A stretch of 64,000 nucleotides of DNA from Eledone cirrhosa (lineage: Eukaryota). The stretch lies in NCBI GenBank assembly GCA_964016885.1, contig OZ024766.1, positions 17,794,001-17,858,000 on the forward strand, read 5' to 3'. The notes beneath the pieces are model-generated. The model saw only the letters and a list, made by a program, of their open reading frames with translations, was not told where the DNA came from and searched no databases. Within the stretch, counting starts at the first letter, position 1, and each line of letters starts with the position of its first letter. A program made the translations under genes and the position numbers. This document shows, piece by piece, positions 54,560-64,000 of this stretch.

Positions 54560-55090
54560 TGGATTGGCAGTCGGTAGAGCGTCAGACGCCGTGCTTTGTC
54601 ACAGTTACGGCCCTTTCTGGTCTGAGTTAAAATCCGGCCGGGGTTAAACTTTTGCCTTTCATCCTTGTGGGGGCGGGTCGGGTCGATAAATTAAAGTACC
54701 AGTAATATTCTGGGGGTAGTTGCTGGCCTTGTGAAACAATTATTAATGTTTGGCAGTATCGGTAGAGGGTCGGACGCCGTGCTTTCTAGCATAGAGTTAC
54801 GGCATTTGCCTGCCTTTCATCCTTACGGGGTCGATAAAATTAATATAAAGTACCAGTAATACACTGGGGTAGTTGCTGGCCTTGTGAAACAATTATTAAT
54901 GTTTGGCAGTATCGGTAGAGGGTCGGACGCCGTGCTTTCCAGCATGGAGTTACGGCCCTTGCCATTCTGAGTTCAAATCCCGCTGAGGTTAACTTTGCCT
55001 TTCATCCTTACGGGGGTCGATAAAGTAAAGTACCAGTAATGTACTGGGATAATTGCTGGCCTTGCGCCTAACGTAGAAACAGTTATTTTA
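54560..55090 (+). mobile_element. Three tandem copies of tRNA-SINE family 2 in the putative 3' UTR
   Basis: A/B-box-like heads and a repeated TACCAGTAAT...GCTGGCCTTG tail. Confidence 0.7.
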
Positions 55091-55439
55091 TAGTTTGAAG
55101 GTGGCTGGGTGTGGGTTGGCAACATTGGCTGAGCATCTGGCATGCTTTGCATCATGTGGTTACAGCCCTTTATGGGGGGGCGGTGTCGGTGCAATGGGTG
55201 TTTGGTTTAATCGACTTTTCCCTCCTCCTGTCCCTTCAAATTGCTGGCCTTGTGCTGAATGTAAAAACAGTTATTAAAATAAGGATATTATGATTTGGGT
55301 TGGGGTTTTTTACCCCCTAAAAAGACCCCCAACTGTAGGAAGTATAATTTAAATTTGTATTTTGTTTCTTTTTTTACCCCCTCAGCTTCCTCTCTTCTCC
55401 CTAAAACTGTCACCGTTTTTTTTTTTTTTTTTTCATTGA

Positions 55440-55490
55440 AATAAAAATCCATGATATAAAAATATAAATGTATTTTGTTGTTTTTGTCTT
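55440..55490 (+). terminator. Candidate polyadenylation signal (a proximal AATAAA also occurs at 54480)
   Basis: AATAAA followed by a GT/T-rich downstream element. Confidence 0.5.
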
Positions 55491-55501
55491 ATAAACATTC
55501 G

Positions 55502-58500
55502 TGGAGGCCCGTGGTGGGGGTTTAGGGGTCAATTCCAGGACTGGGTTGTCTGTTGTGTTGAGCAAAACACTGTCATTTCACATTGCTGCAATATACCCAG
55601 CTGAAAATGAGGGGTCACCACTGGCTGGGGGTGTTTAGGGGTCAATTGCAGGACTGGGTTGTCTGTTGTGTTAAGCAAAACACTGTCATTTCACATTGCT
55701 GCAATATACCCAGCTGAAAATGAGGGGTCAGTGGTGGCTGGGGGTGTTTAGGGGTCAATTCCAGGACTGGGTTGTCTGTTGTGTTGAGCAAAACACTGTC
55801 ATTACACATTGCTGCAATATACCCAGCTGAAAATGAGGGGTCAGTGCTGGCTGGGGGTGTTTAGGGGTCAATTGCAGGACTGGGTTGTCTGTTGTGTTGA
55901 GCAAAACACTGTCATTACACATTGCTGCAATATACCCAGCTGAAAATGAGGGGTCAGTGGTGGCTGGGGGTGTTTAGGGGTCAATTGCAGGACTGGGTTG
56001 TCTGTTGTGTTGAGCAAAACACTGTCATTTCACATTGCTGCAATATACCCAGCTGAAAATGAGGGGTCAGTGGTGGCTGGGGGTGTTTAGGGGTCAATTC
56101 CAGGACTGGGTTGTCTGTTGTGTTGAGCAAAACACTGTCATTTCACATTGCTGCAATATACCCAGCTGAAAATGAGGGGTCAGTGCTGGCTGGGGGTGTT
56201 TAGGGGTCAATTCCAGGACTGGGTTGTCTGTTGTGTTGAGCAAAACACTGTCATTTCACATTGCTGCAATATACCCAGCTGAAAATGAGGGGTCAGTGCT
56301 GGCTGGGGGTGTTTAGGGGTCAATTGCAGGACTGGGTTGTCTGTTGTGTTGAGCAAAACACTGTCATTTCACATTGCTGCAATATACCCAGCTGAAAATG
56401 AGGGGTCAGTGCTGGCTGGGGGTGTTTAGGGGTCAATTCCAGGACTGGGTTGTCTGTTGTGTTGAGCAAAACACTGTCATTTCACATTGCTGCAATATAC
56501 CCAGCTGAAAATGAGGGATCAGTGCTGGCTGGGGGTGTTTAGGGGTCAATTCCAGGACTGGGTTGTCTGTTGTGTTGAGCAAAACACTGTCATTTCACAT
56601 TGCTGCAATATACCCAGCTGAAAATGAGGGGTCAGTGCTGGCTGGCTGGGGGTGTTTAGGGGTCAATTGCAGGACTGGGTTGTCTGTTGTGTTGAGCAAA
56701 ACACTGTCATTTCACATTGCTGCAATATACCCAGCTGAAAATGAGGGGTCAGTGCTGGGGGTGTTTAGGGGTCAATTCCAGGACTGGGTTGTCTGTTGTG
56801 TTGAGCAAAACACTGTCATTTCACATTGCTGCAATATACCCAGCTGAAAATGAGGGGTCAGTGCTGGGGGTGTTTAGGGGTCAATTCCAGGACTGGGTTG
56901 TCTGTTGTGTTGAGCAAAACACTGTCATTTCACATTGCTGCAATATACCCAGCTGAAAATGAGGGGTCAGTGCTGGCTGGCTGGGGGTGTTTAGGGGTCA
57001 ATTGCAGGACTGGGTTGTCTGTTGTGTTGAGCAAAACACTGTCATTTCACATTGCTGCAATATACCCAGCTGAAAATGAGGGGTCAGTGCTGGCTGGGGG
57101 TGTTTAGGGGTCAATTGCAGGACTGGGTTGTCTGTTGTGTTGAGCAAAACACTGTCATTACACATTGCTGCAATATACCCAGCTGAAAATGAGGGGTCAG
57201 TGGTGGCTGGGGGTGTTTAGGGGTCAATTGCAGGACTGGGTTGTCTGTTGTGTTGAGCAAAACACTGTCATTACACATTGCTGCAATATACCCAGCTGAA
57301 AATGAGGGGTCAGTGGTGGCTGGGGGTGTTTAGGGGTCAATTGCAGGACTGGGTTGTCTGTTGTGTTGAGCAAAACACTGTCATTTCACATTGCTGCAAT
57401 ATACCCAGCTGAAAATGAGGGGTCAGTGGTGGCTGGGGGTGTTTAGGGGTCAATTCCAGGACTGGGTTGTCTGTTGTGTTGAGCAAAACACTGTCATTTC
57501 ACATTGCTGCAATATACCCAGCTGAAAATGAGGGGTCAGTGCTGGCTGGGGGTGTTTAGGGGTCAATTCCAGGACTGGGTTGTCTGTTGTGTTGAGCAAA
57601 ACACTGTCATTTCACATTGCTGCAATATACCCAGCTGAAAATGAGGGGTCAGTGCTGGCTGGGGGTGTTTAGGGGTCAATTGCAGGACTGGGTTGTCTGT
57701 TGTGTTGAGCAAAACACTGTCATTTCACATTGCTGCAATATACCCAGCTGAAAATGAGGGGTCAGTGCTGGCTGGGGGTGTTTAGGGGTCAATTCCAGGA
57801 CTGGGTTGTCTGTTGTGTTGAGCAAAACACTGTCATTTCACATTGCTGCAATATACCCAGCTGAAAATGAGGGATCAGTGCTGGCTGGGGGTGTTTAGGG
57901 GTCAATTCCAGGACTGGGTTGTCTGTTGTGTTGAGCAAAACACTGTCATTTCACATTGCTGCAATATACCCAGCTGAAAATGAGGGGTCAGTGCTGGCTG
58001 GCTGGGGGTGTTTAGGGGTCAATTGCAGGACTGGGTTGTCTGTTGTGTTGAGCAAAACACTGTCATTTCACATTGCTGCAATATACCCAGCTGAAAATGA
58101 GGGGTCAGTGCTGGGGGTGTTTAGGGGTCAATTCCAGGACTGGGTTGTCTGTTGTGTTGAGCAAAACACTGTCATTTCACATTGCTGCAATATACCCAGC
58201 TGAAAATGAGGGGTCAGTGCTGGGGGTGTTTAGGGGTCAATTCCAGGACTGGGTTGTCTGTTGTGTTGAGCAAAACACTGTCATTTCACATTGCTGCAAT
58301 ATACCCAGCTGAAAATGAGGGGTCAGTGCTGGCTGGCTGGGGGTGTTTAGGGGTCAATTGCAGGACTGGGTTGTCTGTTGTGTTGAGCAAAACACTGTCA
58401 TTTCACATTGCTGCAATATACCCAGCTGAAAATGAGGGGTCAGTGCTGGGGGTGTTTAGGGGTCAATTCCAGGACTGGGTTGTCTGTTGTGTTGAGCAAA

Positions 58501-61500
58501 ACACTGTCATTTCACATTGCTGCAATATACCCAGCTGAAAATGAGGGATCAGTGGTGGGTGGGGGTGTTTAGGGGTCAATTCCAGGACTGGGTTGTCTGT
58601 TGTGTTGAGCAAAACACTGTCATTTCACATTGCTGCAATATACCCAGCTGAAAATGAGGGGTCAGTGCTGGCTGGGGGTGTTTAGGGGTCAATTGCAGGA
58701 CTGGGTTGTCTGTTGTGTTGAGCAAAACACTGTCATTACACATTGCTGCAATATACCCAGCTGAAAATGAGGGGTCAGTGGTGGCTGGGGGTGTTTAGGG
58801 GTCAATTGCAGGACTGGGTTGTCTGTTGTGTTGAGCAAAACACTGTCATTTCACATTGCTGCAATATACCCAGCTGAAAATGAGGGGTCAGTGGTGGCTG
58901 GGGGTGTTTAGGGGTCAATTCCAGGACTGGGTTGTCTGTTGTGTTGAGCAAAACACTGTCATTTCACATTGCTGCAATATACCCAGCTGAAAATGAGGGG
59001 TCAGTGGTGGCTGGGGGTGTTTAGGGGTCAATTCCAGGACTGGGTTGTCTGTTGTGTTGAGCAAAACACTGTCATTTCACATTGCTGCAATATACCCAGC
59101 TGAAAATGAGGGGTCAGTGCTGGCTGGGGGTGTTTAGGGGTCAATTCCAGGACTGGGTTGTCTGTTGTGTTGAGCAAAACACTGTCATTTCACATTGCTG
59201 CAATATACCCAGCTGAAAATGAGGGGTCAGTGCTGGCTGGGGGTGTTTAGGGGTCAATTCCAGGACTGGGTTGTCTGTTGTGTTGAGCAAAACACTGTCA
59301 TTTCACATTGCTGCAATATACCCAGCTGAAAATGAGGGATCAGTGCTGGCTGGGGGTGTTTAGGGGTCAATTCCAGGACTGGGTTGTCTGTTGTGTTGAG
59401 CAAAACACTGTCATTTCACATTGCTGCAATATACCCAGCTGAAAATGAGGGGTCAGTGCTGGCTGGCTGGGGGTGTTTAGGGGTCAATTGCAGGACTGGG
59501 TTGTCTGTTGTGTTGAGCAAAACACTGTCATTTCACATTGCTGCAATATACCCAGCTGAAAATGAGGGGTCAGTGCTGGCTGGCTGGGGGTGTTTAGGGG
59601 TCAATTGCAGGACTGGGTTGTCTGTTGTGTTGAGCAAAACACTGTCATTTCACATTGCTGCAATATACCCAGCTGAAAATGAGGGGTCAGTGCTGGGGGT
59701 GTTTAGGGGTCAATTCCAGGACTGGGTTGTCTGTTGTGTTGAGCAAAACACTGTCATTTCACATTGCTGCAATATACCCAGCTGAAAATGAGGGGTCAGT
59801 GCTGGGGGTGTTTAGGGGTCAATTCCAGGACTGGGTTGTCTGTTGTGTTGAGCAAAACACTGTCATTTCACATTGCTGCAATATACCCAGCTGAAAATGA
59901 GGGGTCAGTGCTGGCTGGCTGGGGGTGTTTAGGGGTCAATTGCAGGACTGGGTTGTCTGTTGTGTTGAGCAAAACACTGTCATTTCACATTGCTGCAATA
60001 TACCCAGCTGAAAATGAGGGGTCAGTGCTGGGGGTGTTTAGGGGTCAATTCCAGGACTGGGTTGTCTGTTGTGTTGAGCAAAACACTGTCATTTCACATT
60101 GCTGCAATATACCCAGCTGAAAATGAGGGATCAGTGGTGGGTGGGGGTGTTTAGGGGTCAATTCCAGGACTGGGTTGTCTGTTGTGTTGAGCAAAACACT
60201 GTCATTTCACATTGCTGCAATATACCCAGCTGAAAATGAGGGGTCAGTGCTGGCTGGGGGTGTTTAGGGGTCAATTCCAGGACTGGGTTGTCTGTTGTGT
60301 TGAGCAAAACACTGTCATTTCACATTGCTGCAATATACCCAGCTGAAAATGAGGGGTCAGTGCTGGCTGGGGGTGTTTAGGGGTCAATTCCAGGACTGGG
60401 TTGTCTGTTGTGTTGAGCAAAACACTGTCATTTCACATTGCTGCAATATACCCAGCTGAAAATGAGGGGTCAGTGCTGGCTGGGGGTGTTTAGGGGTCAA
60501 TTCCAGGACTGGGTTGTCTGTTGTGTTGGGCAAAACACTGTCATTTCACATTGCTGCAATATACCCAGCTGAAAATGAGGGGTCAGTGCTGGCTGGGGGT
60601 GTTTAGGGGTCAATTGCAGGACTGGGTTGTCTGTTGTGTTGAGCAAAACACTGTCATTTCACATTGCTGCAATATACCCAGCTGAAAATGAGGGGTCAGT
60701 GGTGGCTGGGGGTGTTTAGGGGTCAATTCCAGGACTGGGTTGTCTGTTGTGTTGAGCAAAACACTGTCATTTCACATTGCTGCAATATACCCAGCTGAAA
60801 ATGAGGGGTCAGTGGTGGCTGGGGGTGTTTAGGGGTCAATTCCAAGACTGGGTTGTCTGTTGTGTTGAGCAAAACACTGTCATTTCACATTGCTGCAATA
60901 TACCCAGCTGAAAATGAGGGGTCAGTGCTGGCTGGGGGTGTTTAGGGGTCAATTCCAGGACTGGGTTGTCTGTTGTGTTGGGCAAAACACTGTCATTTCA
61001 CATTGCTGCAATATACCCAGCTGAAAATGAGGGGTCAGTGGTGGCTGGGGGTGTTTAGGGGTCAATTGCAGGACTGGGTTGTCTGTTGTGTTGGGCAAAA
61101 CACTGTCATTTCACATTGCTGCAATATACCCAGCTGAAAATGAGGGGTCAGTGGTGGCTGGGAGTGTTTAGGGGTCAATTGCAGGACTGGGTTGTCTGTT
61201 GTGTTGAGCAAAACACTGTCATTTCACATTGCTGCAATATACCCAGCTGAAAATGAGGGGTCAGTGGTGGCTGGGGGTGTTTAGGGGTCAATTGCAGGAC
61301 TGGGTTGTCTGTTGTGTTGAGCAAAACACTGTCATTTCACATTGCTGCAATATACCCAGCTGAAAATGAGGGGTCAGTGCTGGCTGGGGGTGTTTAGGGG
61401 TCAATTCCAGGACTGGGTTGTCTGTTGTGTTGAGCAAAACACTGTCATTTCACATTGCTGCAATATACCCAGCTGAAAATGAGGGGTCAGTGGTGGCTGG

Positions 61501-62090
61501 GGGTGTTTAGGGGTCAATTGCAGGACTGGGTTGTCTGTTGTGTTGAGCAAAACACTGTCATTTCACATTGCTGCAATATACCCAGCTGAAAATGAGGGGT
61601 CAGTGGTGGCTGGGGGTGTTTAGGGGTCAATTCCAGGACTGGGTTGTCTGTTGTGTTGAGCAAAACACTGTCATTTCACATTGCTGCAATATACCCAGCT
61701 GAAAATGAGGGGTCAGTGGTGGCTGGGGGTGTTTAGGGGTCAATTCCAGGACTGGGTTGTCTGTTGTGTTGAGCAAAACACTGTCATTTCACACTGCTGC
61801 AATATACCCAGCTGAAAATGAGGGGTCACCACTGGCTGGGGGTGTTTAGGGGTCAATTCCAGGACTGGGTTGTCTGTTGTGTTGAGCAAAACATTGTCAT
61901 TTCACATTGCTGCAATATACCCAGCTGAAAATGAGGGGTCAGTTGCTGGCTGGGGGTGTTTAGGGGTCAGTTGCTGGCTGGGGGTGTTTAGGGGTCAATT
62001 CCATGACTGGGTTGTCTGTTGTGTTGAGCAAAACATTGTCATTTCACATTGCTGCAATATACCCAGCTGAAAATGAGGGGTCAGTTGCTG
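55502..62090 (+). repeat. 113-bp satellite (109/117 variants) derived from a SINE head, about 6.6 kb
   Basis: TTGAGCAAAACACTGTCATTTCACATTGCTG...CAGCTGAAAATGAG is homologous to SINE family 1. Confidence 0.9.
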
Positions 62091-62428
62091 AAAAAACCGG
62101 TTTGTCTGTGTGTTTACATACAGAATAGCTGGCCACTCACAGTAAAGTGACCAGTGAAAAAAAAACTTGGTACATCTACATATGTATACGTGTGTGTATT
62201 CATATACATACTAGTATTTCAGTATACATATATGGATGTACATCTTTAACTTAATTGTTTAAGCGTCAGTCATACAAAAGTGAGTTACAAACGAAACGAA
62301 ATTTAATTTCGTTTCGTTATTTGTTTTTATCGTCTCCGTTGAACCGGTACTTACTCACACTCTATGCAAATTAGTCTGCCCACTACTAATTTTCATAGAA
62401 AAAGCATATAACGATATGTGCTTTTACG

Positions 62429-62524
62429 ATTCTCTAGAGAGGCCGGAAGATAGGTAAATATTGCTGATGAGTTGTAACAACAACGAAACTAGTTCAATAT
62501 TCCTTGTCTGGCTTTCTGGAGAAT
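62429..62524 (+). ncRNA. Type I hammerhead ribozyme, copy 1
   Basis: Stem I AATATTG (62457-63) / CAATATT (62495-501); CTGATGA; stem II GTTG/CAAC; GAAA; minimal stem III CTAG; GUU cleavage triplet; long helix I extension. Confidence 0.88.
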
Positions 62525-62898
62525 AGAGGAAAGGTGTTTCCTCAAAAACCAGTATGACTCTAAAAACCGGTTTGTCTGTGTGTTTACATACAGAATAGCT
62601 GGCCACTCACAGTAAAGTGACCAGTGAAAAAAAAACTTGGTACATCTACATATGTATACGTGTGTGTATTCATATACATACTAGTATTTCAGTATACATA
62701 TATGGATGTACATCTTTAACTTAATTGTTTAAGCGTCAGTCATACAAAAGTGAGTTACAAACGAAACGAAATTTAATTTCGTTTCGTTATTTGTTTTTAT
62801 CGTCTCCGTTGAACCGGTACTTACTCACACTCTATGCAAATTAGTCTGCCCACTACTAATTTTCATAGAAAAAGCATATAACGATATGTGCTTTTACG

Positions 62899-62994
62899 AT
62901 TCTCTAGAGAGGCCGGAAGATAGGTAAATATTGCTGATGAGTTGTAACAACAACGAAACTAGTTCAATATTCCTTGTCTGGCTTTCTGGAGAAT
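62899..62994 (+). ncRNA. Type I hammerhead ribozyme, copy 2
   Basis: Same sequence as copy 1, offset +470. Confidence 0.88.
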
Positions 62995-63368
62995 AGAGGA
63001 AAGGTGTTTCCTCAAAAACCAGTATGACTCTAAAAACCGGTTTGTCTGTGTGTTTACATACAGAATAGCTGGCCACTCACAGTAAAGTGACCAGTGAAAA
63101 AAAAACTTGGTACATCTACATATGTATACGTGTGTGTATTCATATACATACTAGTATTTCAGTATACATATATGGATGTACATCTTTAACTTAATTGTTT
63201 AAGCGTCAGTCATACAAAAGTGAGTTACAAACGAAACGAAATTTAATTTCGTTTTGTTATTTGTTTTTATCGTCTCCGTTGAACCGGTACTTACTCACAC
63301 TCTATGCAAATTAGTCTGCCCACTACTAATTTTCATAGAAAAAGCATATAACGATATGTGCTTTTACG

Positions 63369-63464
63369 ATTCTCTAGAGAGGCCGGAAGATAGGTAAATA
63401 TTGCTGATGAGTTGTAACAACAACGAAACTAGTTCAATATTCCTTGTCTGGCTTTCTGGAGAAT
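63369..63464 (+). ncRNA. Type I hammerhead ribozyme, copy 3
   Basis: Same sequence as copy 1, offset +940. Confidence 0.88.
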
Positions 63465-63838
63465 AGAGGAAAGGTGTTTCCTCAAAAACCAGTATGACTC
63501 TAAAAACCGGTTTGTCTGTGTGTTTACATACAGAATAGCTGGCCACTCACAGTAAAGTGACCAGTGAAAAAAAAACTTGGTACATCTACATATGTATACG
63601 TGTGTGTATTCATATACATACTAGTATTTCAGTATACATATATGGATGTACATCTTTAACTTAATTGTTTAAGCGTCAGTCATACAAAAGTGAGTTACAA
63701 ACGAAACGAAATTTAATTTCGTTTCGTTATTTGTTTTTATCGTCTCCGTTGAACCGGTACTTACTCACACTCTATGCAAATTAGTCTGCCCACTACTAAT
63801 TTTCATAGAAAAAGCATATAACGATATGTGCTTTTACG

Positions 63839-63934
63839 ATTCTCTAGAGAGGCCGGAAGATAGGTAAATATTGCTGATGAGTTGTAACAACAACGAAACT
63901 AGTTCAATATTCCTTGTCTGGCTTTCTGGAGAAT
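63839..63934 (+). ncRNA. Type I hammerhead ribozyme, copy 4
   Basis: Same sequence as copy 1, offset +1410. Confidence 0.88.
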
Positions 63935-64000
63935 AGAGGAAAGGTGTTTCCTCAAAAACCAGTATGACTCTAAAAACCGGTTTGTCTGTGTGTTTACATA

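Larger units (their letters stand above)
62092..64000 (+). mobile_element. 470-bp tandem array with one hammerhead per unit (non-LTR retrozyme-like or Penelope pLTR-like); runs off the window end
   Basis: Identical ORFs at 62424, 62894 and 63364 show the 470-bp period. I noticed only one substitution between units (63255). Confidence 0.8.

Noticed and set aside
62424-62606. Repeated 60-aa minus-strand ORF in the 470-bp unit
   Set aside because: No recognisable protein features; the sequence is explained by the + strand ribozyme.

Overview
Repeat-rich animal genomic DNA. The SINE families, (TA)n/(TG)n tracts and overall style suggest a cephalopod, probably Octopus; this is inference. One + strand protein-coding gene spans 1321-53915 in 13 coding exons whose phases join consistently. 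The product has an acidic N-terminus, two RRMs (the second nucleolin-like), a basic Q/N/R segment and a G/Y/S-rich low-complexity tail, giving about 450 or 536 aa depending on the exon-12 donor. The introns carry tRNA-SINEs, RTE-like LINE ends, piggyBac and mariner relics, and many minisatellites, several visibly amplified from TE fragments. The two main findings are (1) a near-identical 470-bp tandem array from about 62092 to the window end, in which each unit carries a complete type I hammerhead ribozyme (retrozyme or Penelope pLTR-like), and (2) a canonical box C/D snoRNA candidate in intron 2, present twice because a roughly 260-bp TTAA-to-TTAA duplication flanks a nested piggyBac relic. 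Most ORFs in the supplied track are artefacts of repeats. Repeat boundaries are approximate.
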